NCBI GenBank assembly: GCA_964291405.2
Contig: OZ219926.1
Coordinates: forward strand, 2,400,001 to 2,464,000
Length of the DNA: 64,000 nucleotides
Reading direction: 5' to 3'
From: Thermodesulfobacteriota bacterium
Lineage (GTDB): Bacteria > Desulfobacterota > Binatia > Bin18
A program made the translations under genes and the position numbers. Under the pieces are notes generated by a model that saw only the letters and a list, made by a program, of their open reading frames with translations, did not search any database and was not told the DNA's origin. Positions 28,486-38,119 of this stretch are shown here, piece after piece; position 1 is the first letter of the stretch; every line of letters starts with the position of its first letter.

Positions 28486-29688
28486 ATGCGACAGGTTGCA
28501 CTCGTTGGAGCGGGGATGACGCGCTTTGGCAAACATGTGGATCGCAGTATGAAGGATTTGGCCCGTGAGGCGATTGAAGGGGCCGTACAATCGGCAGGGG
28601 TCACTACGCAGGATATTGAGGCCGCGGCCGTGGGGAATGCGGTGGCCGGTCTGATTACCGGACAGGAGTGTATCCGGGGTCAGGTCGTGCTGCGCGAACT
28701 CGGCATCGGCGGCATCCCGGTCATTAACACGGAAAACGCGTGTGCCAGTTCTTCCACCGCCTTTCATCTGGCCTGGCTCTACGTCGCGTCCGGGATGTAT
28801 GACGTTGTACTCGCGCTGGGGATGGAGAAACTCTTTCATCCGGATAAGCAGCGGACGTTCGAGGCGATTGGCAGCGCCATCGATCTTGAGCTGGCCGATA
28901 CCTTTGCCAGAGAGATGAGCGGCGAGCAGAGTGCGGGGGCCGGTCAGTCCCGCAGCGTTTTCATGGACTATTATGCCAACCTCGCCCGCCAGCATATGCA
29001 GCGCTACGGCACGACGCGGAAACAGTTTGCCCGCATCGCCGCCAAGAATCACACCAACGGGAGTCTGAACCCGCATGCCCAATATCAAACCAAGCGCTCG
29101 GTCGAAGATGTGCTGGCCGCACCCCTCATCGCGGACCCCCTCACCCGCATGATGTGTTCTCCCATTGGTGATGGCGCGGCCGCGGTCCTGGTGACAACAG
29201 CCGATAAGGCCCGCCGACTCACTACCCGGCCCGTCTATGTCAAAGCTTCGACCTTGGGTTCAAGCAATAAACAGGCGGCCGATTCCCCTGGCATCGTCCC
29301 GTCAGTCGCCCGCAAAGCATACGAGCAGGCTGGACTTGGACCGGATGATCTCCAGGTAATCGAGGCCCACGACGCGACTGCTCCAGCCGAACTGCTGGTG
29401 TATGAAGAACTGGGCCTGTGCCAAGCGGGCGAGGGCGGGAAACTCATTGACGAGGGCGTGACCCAGCTTGGCGGCCGCTGCCCGGTCAATCCAAGCGGCG
29501 GTCTCCTGGCCAAGGGTCATCCGGTCGGCGCGACTGGAGTGGCCCAGATCTGCGAAATATTCTGGCAGCTCCGCGACGAAGCGGGTGAGCGGCAGGTCGT
29601 GGGCGCCAAGGTCGGCCTGACCGAAAACGGCGGCGGCGTCCTGGACGGCGAAAACGCAGTCGCGTCCGTGCATGTGTTTAGCGTCTGA
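28486..29688 (+). CDS. Thiolase family protein (SCP2-like)
   Basis: ENACASSS, IEAHDA and NPSGGLLAKGHPVGATG motifs. Confidence 0.92.
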   Translation: MRQVALVGAGMTRFGKHVDRSMKDLAREAIEGAVQSAGVTTQDIEAAAVGNAVAGLITGQECIRGQVVLRELGIGGIPVINTENACASSSTAFHLAWLYVASGMYDVVLALGMEKLFHPDKQRTFEAIGSAIDLELADTFAREMSGEQSAGAGQSRSVFMDYYANLARQHMQRYGTTRKQFARIAAKNHTNGSLNPHAQYQTKRSVEDVLAAPLIADPLTRMMCSPIGDGAAAVLVTTADKARRLTTRPVYVKASTLGSSNKQAADSPGIVPSVARKAYEQAGLGPDDLQVIEAHDATAPAELLVYEELGLCQAGEGGKLIDEGVTQLGGRCPVNPSGGLLAKGHPVGATGVAQICEIFWQLRDEAGERQVVGAKVGLTENGGGVLDGENAVASVHVFSV

Positions 29689-29694
29689 TCGCTC

Positions 29695-29799
29695 AAAAGA
29701 AAAAGGCTCGCAGGGTAAAGGAGGGGAAACCTGCGAGCCTTGAACCATCGTCAGGACGGGGAGGACCTGACGATGATGACCTGAACGATTTGTTCAATG
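29695..29799 (-). ncRNA. Candidate small RNA with anti-Shine-Dalgarno loops
   Basis: Sigma70-like promoter directly upstream; three hairpins, two with UCCUCCCC / UUUCCCCUCCUUU loops; ends in a 12-bp terminator plus U tract. Confidence 0.6.
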
Positions 29800-29805
29800 A
29801 GGAGG

Positions 29806-29834
29806 ACTATAGCCGAGGTAGCCGACTTTAACAA
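29806..29834 (-). promoter_or_regulatory. Sigma70-type promoter for the candidate sRNA
   Basis: Minus strand TTGTTA-N17-TATAGT, with an AT-rich UP-like tract at 29835-29880. Confidence 0.6.
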
Positions 29835-29883
29835 GATAAGTTTAACTGAATTAAATTTGTTTTATTTATAAGATATACTTATT

Positions 29884-31170
29884 TTAAAATAAGATTTGGG
29901 TCTGGACGCGCAGGCGATCGGCACCCGTGCTCTTGCCCACAAATGGGTCTCCATCTAGGAAGCTGTAGTCCACCTGGAGTTTGACCCCGTGCCCGTACAG
30001 ATAGTAATTAAATCCTCCCATGTATTCTCGCATATCCCCTGCCGTTCTGGGGTTATTGGCAAACTGAAAATCCACCCCGGAGACCCGCCCAGCTATCTCC
30101 AGTTTTTCCGTCAGATAGTACCCAATCTGGCCGTAGTAGCCCCAGTCATGGCCGGTCTTGTTGAGGGATTCGAGATTATTACGGCGGTAGTAGCCCGCAG
30201 CCTGAACACTGAGGCTCTGATAACGGAAGCCACCATCGATGGTGACATTGGTCGTACGGTCGCCGGGCATCACGTTCTGAAAGCGGGAAGCTTGATCGAC
30301 TGGGTTAAAAGCCGCGGCCATCCCGATTGAAAGCTGCGGGTCCGGGGCCAGGGTTGGGGAGCTTTCCAGATAGCCGTAGGGATCAAGGATGTCGTATTCC
30401 AGACGCCCCTGCCAGGCGACTTCGGCGCCAGCGTTCTGCTGTCCGCCCGCGTCCAAGGCTCGGATACTGTTAGTGGCCAGCGCGTGATAGGACAGCCGAC
30501 CGACTTTCCCACTGATGTGCAGGCCAATCGCCCGGTGTAAATTAAAGGCATAATCCGCTTCGGACAGGTCCGGGAACAGCAGGTGTCCAGGGTGTGCGTA
30601 GAACTGACGGCTATAGGGCAGGAGAAAGCGCCCAGCTTGCGCCCTCAGGTATGGGGAGTGACTATACTGCATCCACCAGTCAAGCAGGGTCGATCGGTTG
30701 CTGTTGCCGAGAGTGGTCGTTTCGTACTGAAAGAAATATTTGACTTTGGGATCAAAGACATTCCCGGAAAACGCCAAGTGAGCCAGAGCCACGTCGAAAT
30801 TATTGCGGCTTCGACCAGCATCCGGGGCCGTCAGCATGTATCTAGCTTGCAGGAAACCATTGAGGGTGAGCGAGTAACGTCCATCCTTGCTGCGGATAAA
30901 AAACCCCTTGTCATACATATCCTCTGCAGCAAGGCCTTGCTTACGAGAGCCTGCCGCATAACCAAAATCGACTCCTTTCTCGGTCCGTTCCTTCTCCTTT
31001 GCTTCGAGTTCCATCATGCGGCTCTCAAGAGCCTGCATGACCTTGTGCTGCGCGGCGAGTTGTTGGCGTAACTCGCCGAGCTCATCGGCCAACACCGGGG
31101 TCACAAGGATGCTGAGAATAATACCTGCAATGAGACGAACTCGGGCGACAAAACCTCCTCTTCCTCTCAT
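29884..31170 (-). CDS. OprO/OprP-like outer-membrane porin, paralog 2
   Basis: Signal peptide, coiled-coil, beta-barrel pattern (GFFIRS..., NYYLYGH.VKLQ.DY) and C-terminal Phe. Confidence 0.8.
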   Translation of the reverse strand: MRGRGGFVARVRLIAGIILSILVTPVLADELGELRQQLAAQHKVMQALESRMMELEAKEKERTEKGVDFGYAAGSRKQGLAAEDMYDKGFFIRSKDGRYSLTLNGFLQARYMLTAPDAGRSRNNFDVALAHLAFSGNVFDPKVKYFFQYETTTLGNSNRSTLLDWWMQYSHSPYLRAQAGRFLLPYSRQFYAHPGHLLFPDLSEADYAFNLHRAIGLHISGKVGRLSYHALATNSIRALDAGGQQNAGAEVAWQGRLEYDILDPYGYLESSPTLAPDPQLSIGMAAAFNPVDQASRFQNVMPGDRTTNVTIDGGFRYQSLSVQAAGYYRRNNLESLNKTGHDWGYYGQIGYYLTEKLEIAGRVSGVDFQFANNPRTAGDMREYMGGFNYYLYGHGVKLQVDYSFLDGDPFVGKSTGADRLRVQTQILF

Positions 31171-31353
31171 ATCCATACTCCTTCCTTTGGACGGTGAGGC
31201 GACTGTGGGAGCTCGATGCGAAACTGTACTGGGATAAAACGCGGGTAGGCGGACCGCTCCCACGGGCTCCCAGCCACGGCATAGTGACGTAATCTATGAC
31301 ACAGTACGAGAGCGATCGCTACGAAATTTTCAGCGCCGGAGTCGGTTTGAACG

Positions 31354-31392
31354 AAAAGGCCCGCAGGAGAGAGGAAACCCGCGGGCCTTTTT
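31354..31392. terminator. Intrinsic terminator after ureC
   Basis: AAAAGGCCCGCAGG...CCCGCGGGCCTTTTT hairpin with A/T tracts on both sides. Confidence 0.8.
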
Positions 31393-31398
31393 GTCTCG

Positions 31399-33117
31399 TC
31401 AGAAGAGAAAATAGCGTTGGGCGAGAGGGAGGACCTGAGCCGGCTCACAGGTAAGTATTTCACCGTCGGCCTTGACGACGTAGGTCTCCGGGTTGACCTC
31501 TATCTCCGGCAGGGCCTGGTTGTGGATCAAGTCTTTTTTCCCGACGCTCCGACAACCCTGGACCGGGACGAACGGCTTCTGGAGCCGTAAGCGCTGACCT
31601 AGGCCGTTTTCGTAGGCGGCGCGCGAAACAAAGCTCATGGACAGCGAGGCCGGGGCTCGCCCCAGGTGGCCAAACATCGGCCGTCCGAACACCGGTTGGG
31701 GGGTTGGAATTGAGGCGTTGGGATCGCCCATCGCCGCCCAGGCGATGAAACCACCCTTGAGGATCAGTTCCGGTTTCACACCAAAGAATTTCGGCTCCCA
31801 CACCACCAAGTCGGCCAGCTTGCCCACCTCAATCGAGCCCACCTGGCGGGCGATGCCGTGGGTCAGCGCCGGATTGATGGTGTACTTGGCAATATAACGT
31901 TTGACCCGAAAATTATCGTTCTCTCCCGTCTCTTCCGGCAGGCGACCGCGTTGGACTCGCATCTTATGGGCGGTCTGCCAGGTACGGAGTATCACTTCTC
32001 CGACGCGGCCCATGGCCTGCGAGTCCGACGCCATCATGCTGAAGGCACCCATATCGTGCAGCACGTCCTCGGCCGCAATCGTCTCCGGCCGAATACGCGA
32101 TTCGGCAAACGCTACGTCTTCGGGAACCCCGGGGTCCAAATGGTGGCAGACCATCAGCATGTCGAGGTGTTCGTCTATGGTATTGACGGTGAAAGGGCGA
32201 GTTGGATTTGTTGACGACGGCAGGACGTTTGGAAACCCGCACACCTTAATAATATCCGGTGCGTGCCCCCCGCCTGCCCCCTCGGTATGGTAGGTGTGGA
32301 TGGCACGGCCCTTAAACGCCGCAATCGTATCCTCGACATAGCCGGTCTCGTTCAAGGTATCGGTGTGGATGGCGACCTGGACATCATAGTCGTCAGCCAC
32401 GGAGAGCGCACAGTCAATCGCGGCGGGCGTCGAGCCCCAGTCTTCGTGGAGTTTGAGTCCCATGGCACCGGCTTCGAGTTGCTCACGTAGGGCCTCGGGA
32501 CGAGAGGCGTTGCCCTTGCCCAGAAAACCCAGATTCATGGGGAAGTCCTCAATCGATTCGAGCATCCGAGCGATATTCCACGGCCCTGGCGTACAGGTGG
32601 TTGCGTTAGTCCCGGTGGCCGGGCCGGTCCCACCGCCGAACATCGTAGTGATGCCGGACGCCAACGCTTCGGTGATCTGTTGGGGACAGATAAAATGAAT
32701 ATGCGCATCAATGCCGCCCGCGGTCAGGATCTTGCCTTCGCCGGCTAGAATCTCCGTCCCAGGGCCAATGACCAGTTCTGGCGAAACGCTCTCCATCAGG
32801 AGGGGATTGCCGGCTTTGCCGATCCCGCAAATCCGGCCGTCTTTCACCCCGACATCGGCTTTCACAATGCCCCAGTGGTCAACCACGGTCGCATTGGTAA
32901 TCACCAAGTCCGGTGCACCTTGGGCCGAGGTCTGGACGGGCGACTGCCCCATACCGTCGCGAATGACTTTGCCACCGCCGAACTTCACCTCATCCCCAAG
33001 CTGCGTATAATCCTGCTCGACCTCAATCAGCAGGTCAGTATCGGCCAGCCGGACCCGGTCGCCAACGGTCGGCCCGAACATGGCGGCATACCGGCGGTGT
33101 TCAATCGTTCGACTCAT
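31399..33117 (-). CDS. ureC: Urease subunit alpha
   Basis: [41 protein letters not shown] and SDSQAMGR motifs. Confidence 0.98.
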   Translation of the reverse strand: MSRTIEHRRYAAMFGPTVGDRVRLADTDLLIEVEQDYTQLGDEVKFGGGKVIRDGMGQSPVQTSAQGAPDLVITNATVVDHWGIVKADVGVKDGRICGIGKAGNPLLMESVSPELVIGPGTEILAGEGKILTAGGIDAHIHFICPQQITEALASGITTMFGGGTGPATGTNATTCTPGPWNIARMLESIEDFPMNLGFLGKGNASRPEALREQLEAGAMGLKLHEDWGSTPAAIDCALSVADDYDVQVAIHTDTLNETGYVEDTIAAFKGRAIHTYHTEGAGGGHAPDIIKVCGFPNVLPSSTNPTRPFTVNTIDEHLDMLMVCHHLDPGVPEDVAFAESRIRPETIAAEDVLHDMGAFSMMASDSQAMGRVGEVILRTWQTAHKMRVQRGRLPEETGENDNFRVKRYIAKYTINPALTHGIARQVGSIEVGKLADLVVWEPKFFGVKPELILKGGFIAWAAMGDPNASIPTPQPVFGRPMFGHLGRAPASLSMSFVSRAAYENGLGQRLRLQKPFVPVQGCRSVGKKDLIHNQALPEIEVNPETYVVKADGEILTCEPAQVLPLAQRYFLF

Positions 33118-33133
33118 CCGTCTCTCCTCATCT

Positions 33134-33184
33134 AAAGAGGGAACGTGTCTTTCAATAGACTAAAGATGGACACGTTTCCTCTTT
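33134..33184 (-). repeat. Short palindromic element, copy 6 (between ureA and ureC)
   Basis: AAAGAGGGAACGTGTCT-17 nt-GGACACGTTTCCTCTTT; abuts the ureA stop. Confidence 0.92.
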
Positions 33185-33487
33185 CTAGCGAATCGGCTGG
33201 TGGACGCTGACCAGCTTGGTCCCGTCCGGAAAGGTGGCCTCGACCTGTACCAGATCAATCATCTCAGCTACTCCGTCCATCACATCGTCCCGACGGAGGA
33301 TGGTCGCGCCGTACGACATTAGTTCCGACACGGATTGACCGTCCCGAGCTCCTTCCAGCACCGCGCTGGTAATCAGGGCCATGGCTTCGGGATAGTTCAG
33401 CTTCAAGCCGCGCGCCTGCCGTTCCCGGGCCAGTTGGGCGGCAAGATAGATCATCAGCTTCTCTTGTTCGTGCGGAGTAAAATGCAT
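33185..33487 (-). CDS. ureA: Urease subunit gamma
   Basis: [11 protein letters not shown]...GLKLNYPEA...[19 protein letters not shown]. Confidence 0.97.
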   Translation of the reverse strand: MHFTPHEQEKLMIYLAAQLARERQARGLKLNYPEAMALITSAVLEGARDGQSVSELMSYGATILRRDDVMDGVAEMIDLVQVEATFPDGTKLVSVHQPIR

Positions 33488-33499
33488 ACCCGTTCTCCG

Positions 33500-33552
33500 A
33501 AGAGGAAACGTGTCCAGCATCTACACGCTGTTGGAGGACCCGTTTCCTCTTT
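33500..33552 (+). repeat. Short palindromic element, copy 7 (between urtE and ureA)
   Basis: AAGAGGAAACGTGTCC-20 nt-GGACCCGTTTCCTCTTT. Confidence 0.92.
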
Positions 33553-33568
33553 GTCGTCTAGCGAGACC

Positions 33569-34264
33569 CTAAACCGATAAATGCCGTTGGACAATATCAT
33601 CCGTCAAGGCGGCGATAGGTCCGTCGGCCACCACACTACCCTTTTCCATCACGGCAAAGGCATCCGCCACCCGGCGGGCAAAGGGGAGTTTCTGCTCGAC
33701 TAACAGAATGGTCAGGTTTTCCTCTTGGTTAAGCCGCAGCAGGATATCGCCGATCTCCTGGACGATATTGGGCTGAATGCCCTCGGTGGGCTCATCCAGA
33801 ATCAGCAGCTTCGGGTTCAGAGCCAGGGCACGGCCTATGGCCAACTGCTGCTGCTGTCCGCCGGACAGATCCCCGCCCCGCCGTCCGAGCATTTGCTCGA
33901 GCACGGGAAAGTAGTGGAACACCGACTCGGGGATCGTCCCAACCGCATCACGCCGCGCCGGCAGACCGATGCGCAGGTTTTCCTCAACGGTCAGTTGAGG
34001 AAAGATCTCGCGGCCCTGGGGAACATAGCCGATGCCGAGGCGCGCCCGCAGCGCCGCCGGACGACGCACCAGCTCGGCGTTCTCAAATTGGAGACTGCCG
34101 GAGGCGATGGGCAAGATGCCCATGATGGTCTTGAGCAGGGTGGTCTTGCCGACCCCGTTCCGACCCATCAGGCAGGTGCAGGACCCGGCTGGGATGTGGA
34201 GGTCAACATCCCATAAAATATGACTCTCGCCATAATATTGATTCAGGTTCTGAATGCGGATCAT
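33569..34264 (-). CDS. urtE: Urea ABC transporter ATP-binding protein UrtE
   Basis: LNQYYGESHIL, GRNGVGKT, RRGGDLSGGQQQQLAI and DEPTEGIQP motifs. Confidence 0.93.
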   Translation of the reverse strand: MIRIQNLNQYYGESHILWDVDLHIPAGSCTCLMGRNGVGKTTLLKTIMGILPIASGSLQFENAELVRRPAALRARLGIGYVPQGREIFPQLTVEENLRIGLPARRDAVGTIPESVFHYFPVLEQMLGRRGGDLSGGQQQQLAIGRALALNPKLLILDEPTEGIQPNIVQEIGDILLRLNQEENLTILLVEQKLPFARRVADAFAVMEKGSVVADGPIAALTDDIVQRHLSV

Positions 34265-34280
34265 CGTCGTCCTCGGCCCG

Positions 34281-35105
34281 CTAGGCTCCCAAATAGACCT
34301 CGACCACACGAGGGTCGCTCTGCACCTCTTCCATACTGCCTTCGGCCAGGACGCTCCCCTCGTGCAAGACCGTCACCGTCCGGGCCAGACTGCGGACAAA
34401 CTCCATGTCGTGTTCGACAACCACGACGGTATGTTTGCCGGCCAGCGACACCAGCAATTCGGCCGTTCGTTCCGTCTCCTGGTGGGTCATGCCGGCCACG
34501 GGCTCGTCCACCAACAATAACTGCGGATCTTGCATCAGCAGCATGCCGAGTTCCAACCACTGCTTTTGTCCGTGTGAGAGCAGCCCGGCGCGGGTGTAGA
34601 GCTGATCGAGGAGTCCGACCGTGTCAGCGGTCGAGGCAATGCGCTCGTGTTGCGTACGGCTCAGCCGGGCGAGCAGGCTATGCCACACCTTTTTATTCGC
34701 CTGCATGGCCAACTCCAGGTTTTCGAAGACGGTATGACCGTGGAAGACGGTCGGGCGCTGAAACTTCCGGCCGATTCCGGCCAGGGCGATGTCGTATTCC
34801 GAGAGTAGCGTCAGGTCCAGGTTGTTGCCAAAAAACACCGTCCCGGTATCCGGCCGGGTCTTGCCGGTGATGACATCCAGCAGAGTTGTTTTGCCGGCCC
34901 CGTTGGGGCCAATCAGACAGCGGAGCTCACCGGCGTTGAGATATAGCGTCAGCGCATTCAGGGCTTTCAGGCCATCGAAGCTCACCGTCACATCTTCAAC
35001 ATAGAGAATGACGCCGTGGCTGGTATCCAGTCCGGGCTGGGCCACATGGGCCATCGCCGGGCTGCCGCCCTGATCGATTGTTTCCTCCGGCATATCCCGA
35101 TTCAT
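34281..35105 (-). CDS. urtD: Urea ABC transporter ATP-binding protein UrtD
   Basis: GPNGAGKT, GIGRKFQRP, LSHGQKQWLE and VEVYLG motifs. Confidence 0.93.
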   Translation of the reverse strand: MNRDMPEETIDQGGSPAMAHVAQPGLDTSHGVILYVEDVTVSFDGLKALNALTLYLNAGELRCLIGPNGAGKTTLLDVITGKTRPDTGTVFFGNNLDLTLLSEYDIALAGIGRKFQRPTVFHGHTVFENLELAMQANKKVWHSLLARLSRTQHERIASTADTVGLLDQLYTRAGLLSHGQKQWLELGMLLMQDPQLLLVDEPVAGMTHQETERTAELLVSLAGKHTVVVVEHDMEFVRSLARTVTVLHEGSVLAEGSMEEVQSDPRVVEVYLGA

Positions 35106-35127
35106 GTTCTCGTCCCCGGTCCGGCAC

Positions 35128-36324
35128 CTATCCCGTCGTCTCACCAGTCTGCGGCTCAGCCTGCCGGCGCAATAAACCGGCCACACCACGAGGGAGAAAA
35201 AGAGTGACGACAATAAACATCCCTCCGAGAATATACAGCCACAGATAGGGAAACGCAGCAGTACACCAGCTTTTGATGCCATTGACCAAAAAAGCGCCAA
35301 GCAGGGCACCGGACAGGGTGCCACGTCCACCGACCGCGACCCAGATAGCCATCTCAATGGAATTGGCGGGCTGCATCTCGCTGGGGTTAATAATACCCAC
35401 CTGGGGGACGTACAGCGCGCCCGCCAAACCGCACAGCATCGCGGACAGGGTCCACAGGAAGAGTTTATAACCATGCGGGTTATAGCCGCAGAACATCAAA
35501 CGGCTCTCCGCATCGCGAACGGCCATGAGTACCCGTCCCAGCTTCGACATGACCAGATAGCGGCAGGCCAGATAGGCGAGTACGAGGACCACCACAGAGG
35601 TCACGTAGAGCCCCAGCTTGGTCGTCGGCTCTTGCAGCGAAAACCCGAGCAGGCGCTTAAAATCGGTCAGGCCGTTATTCCCGCCGAATCCCGTGTCGTT
35701 GCGGAAGAACAGCAGCATCAGCGCGTAGGTCATGGCCTGCGTAATGATAGAGAAGTAGACCCCACGAATCCGCGAGCGAAAGGCAAAAAAACCGAAGATA
35801 TAGGCCAGTATTCCAGGGACGATGAGGGCCATCCCCAGGGCAAAGCCAAAGTTGCTGAACCCATACCAGTACCACGGCAGTTCTTTCCAATCGAGAAAGA
35901 CCATGAAGTCGGGCAGTTCGCTCCGATAGACCCCCTCCGTCCCGATGGCCCGCATCAGGTGCATCCCCATGGCATAGCCGCCCAGCGCAAAGAACACGCC
36001 GTGCCCCAGGCTGAGAATGCCGGCATATCCCCAGATCAGATCCACGGCCAGGGCAACCAGGGCATAGCACATGAACTTGCCGAGCAGCGGGATGAGATAG
36101 TCCGGAAAGTGGAACGCCGAGTCGGCGGGCAGCAGATTCAGGCTGGGAATGACAATCACCCCAAGGAAGAAGAGCAGCCCGATCAGGCTCCACCCGCCTC
36201 GGGTATGAAGCCGCAGAATGGCCGTCAGCACGGAGTCAGACTGCTCAGGATGCTCCGCTAGCCGCGCCGGCTGGTCGGCGACCAGCGGCTCTGGAGAAGT
36301 CTCAGACAATGAGGAACTCACCAC
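35128..36324 (-). CDS. urtC: Urea ABC transporter permease UrtC
   Basis: WGYAGILSLGHG, LPDFM, GVYFSIITQA and GGNNGLTDF motifs. Start approximate. Confidence 0.92.
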   Translation of the reverse strand: MVSSSLSETSPEPLVADQPARLAEHPEQSDSVLTAILRLHTRGGWSLIGLLFFLGVIVIPSLNLLPADSAFHFPDYLIPLLGKFMCYALVALAVDLIWGYAGILSLGHGVFFALGGYAMGMHLMRAIGTEGVYRSELPDFMVFLDWKELPWYWYGFSNFGFALGMALIVPGILAYIFGFFAFRSRIRGVYFSIITQAMTYALMLLFFRNDTGFGGNNGLTDFKRLLGFSLQEPTTKLGLYVTSVVVLVLAYLACRYLVMSKLGRVLMAVRDAESRLMFCGYNPHGYKLFLWTLSAMLCGLAGALYVPQVGIINPSEMQPANSIEMAIWVAVGGRGTLSGALLGAFLVNGIKSWCTAAFPYLWLYILGGMFIVVTLFLPRGVAGLLRRQAEPQTGETTG

Positions 36325-36328
36325 CGAC

Positions 36329-38008
36329 TTAGCTTTCCGCCAAGCGTCCCTTGAGCGCAAATAAGCCTTGGGGCCGCTGCTGGATGAATAAGACAATAAA
36401 AATGAGCACGCCAATTTTTCCCAATACCGCGCCGGCGACCGGTTCGAGCAGCTTATTGACCAAGCCCAGACTCAGCGCGCCTACCACTGTGCCAGCGATA
36501 TTCCCGACCCCGCCCAGCACCACGACCATAAACGAATCCACAATATACAGGCGGCCGAGTTCCGGCCCGACATTGCCAATCTGGGACAGCGCGACCCCAC
36601 CCAGGCCGGCAATGCCCGAACCCAAGCCAAAGGTCCACATATCAACCCGGCCCGCCGATATGCCCATGCAGGACGCCATGGGTCTGTTCTGGGTGACGGC
36701 TCGGACCTGTAAACCGAGGCGGGTCCGCTGGAGAATGAGCCAGACCAGGCCGACCACCAGCGCGACAAACAGAATAATGGCCAGCCGACTATACGGCAAA
36801 ACAACACCGTACAGGACTTCGGTGCCGCCCGACAGCCAGGACGGATTCGCTACCTGTACATTTTGGGCCCCGAAGATGAGACGCACACTCTGAATCAGAA
36901 CGAGGCTGATACCCCAGGTTGCGAGCAGAGTTTCCAAGGGGCGACCGTATAGAAAGCGGATCACCCCGCGCTCCAAGATCATCCCTGTCAGCAGACACAC
37001 CCCAAAAGCGGCCGGGATCGCGACCGCCAGATACCAGTCAAACCACGCCGGGAAACTCTCTTGAAAGATCCCCTGGACCACATAGCTGGCGTACGCGCCG
37101 AGCATTAACATCTCGCCGTGAGCCATGTTAATGACGCCCATTAGGCCAAACGTGATACCCAGGCCAAGGGCAGCCAGGAGCAATACACTGCCCAGACTCG
37201 TCCCATAGAAGAGATTCCCCAGGCTGTTGATCAGAAACTGAGTGCGTTCAAAGCTCGCTAGAGCGGCCGCGGCAGCTTCGCGTACCTCCGGGTCGGCCTC
37301 AACAAAAGAGCCATCTTCTTGGGTTGCGACCAGGGCTTCCAGTTGGGGTCGTAGCCCAAGGTTGCCCGACTCACCAATCATCCGAATAGCGGCGAGTCGC
37401 ACAGTTTGGTCTTCGCTCTGAAGCTGCATTTGCGCCACAGCGACGGCCAGGACATCCCGCACCGCAGCCTCGGTCTCGCGCTCCAGGACAGCTTGCAGAG
37501 GGCCCATCATCTCGGGCCGCGGACGCTTGGTCAGCTCTTCCGCCGCGGCCAGGCGTACGGCAGCGTCGGGAGCGTGTAACTCAAGTTGAGCAATAACCGG
37601 CCGTAACGCTCGCCGAATGGCATTGTTGATCCGAGGCGTCCGCAGCGCGGCCTCATCCAACTCCACGGTCTCCCCACTGAGCGCATCGCGCAGGCTGCCG
37701 TCTTCGGCTTTGATGTAGATGAGTCCGGCCTCATCGACCCGCAAACGCCGGTCGCCTAAAGCTTCAAGAGCGGGCAACGCGGCCGGGTCGTTCAGCGTGC
37801 CGAGCGCTGTTATTGCCTGCCGGACATCCCGACGACTCTTGGCTCCCAATCCCTGCAGGAGAGAGGTAAGGTCTCCCCCCGCAGCGGAGGCACCGGGGGG
37901 AGACGGGAGGCCGAGCAGCAGAATGAGAGACAGAAAGAGAAGGGAGATAGAGAGAAGGGGGTTCCTCTCTGTCTCAGTTCTCTGTCTCAATTCTCTGTCG
38001 CTCTTCAT
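36329..38008 (-). CDS. urtB: Urea ABC transporter permease UrtB (with HEAT-like periplasmic extension)
   Basis: FGLMGVINMAHGE, RFLYGRPLETLLATWG and PQGLF motifs. Confidence 0.93.
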   Translation of the reverse strand: MKSDRELRQRTETERNPLLSISLLFLSLILLLGLPSPPGASAAGGDLTSLLQGLGAKSRRDVRQAITALGTLNDPAALPALEALGDRRLRVDEAGLIYIKAEDGSLRDALSGETVELDEAALRTPRINNAIRRALRPVIAQLELHAPDAAVRLAAAEELTKRPRPEMMGPLQAVLERETEAAVRDVLAVAVAQMQLQSEDQTVRLAAIRMIGESGNLGLRPQLEALVATQEDGSFVEADPEVREAAAAALASFERTQFLINSLGNLFYGTSLGSVLLLAALGLGITFGLMGVINMAHGEMLMLGAYASYVVQGIFQESFPAWFDWYLAVAIPAAFGVCLLTGMILERGVIRFLYGRPLETLLATWGISLVLIQSVRLIFGAQNVQVANPSWLSGGTEVLYGVVLPYSRLAIILFVALVVGLVWLILQRTRLGLQVRAVTQNRPMASCMGISAGRVDMWTFGLGSGIAGLGGVALSQIGNVGPELGRLYIVDSFMVVVLGGVGNIAGTVVGALSLGLVNKLLEPVAGAVLGKIGVLIFIVLFIQQRPQGLFALKGRLAES

Positions 38009-38119
38009 GCTGTTTCAGCCAGAAAATGCTTTACCGGGGAACGAATTCCCCGGCTATATGACGACACAAGGGGACTGGTGCCGACTCGCGCCAACACCAG
38101 TCCGTCACGGGCAGAGCCC

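Noticed and set aside
31180-31350. Possible guanidine or other known riboswitch upstream of porin 2
   Set aside because: One 8-bp stem is visible, but I could not identify ykkC, mini-ykkC (ACGR loops) or ykkC-III consensus motifs.
37917-38005. AG/CT-rich quasi-palindrome and 13-nt TTCTCTGTCTCA-like repeats at the urtB 5' end
   Set aside because: Low-complexity coding sequence of a charged N-terminus plus a Leu/Ser-rich signal; no other copies seen.
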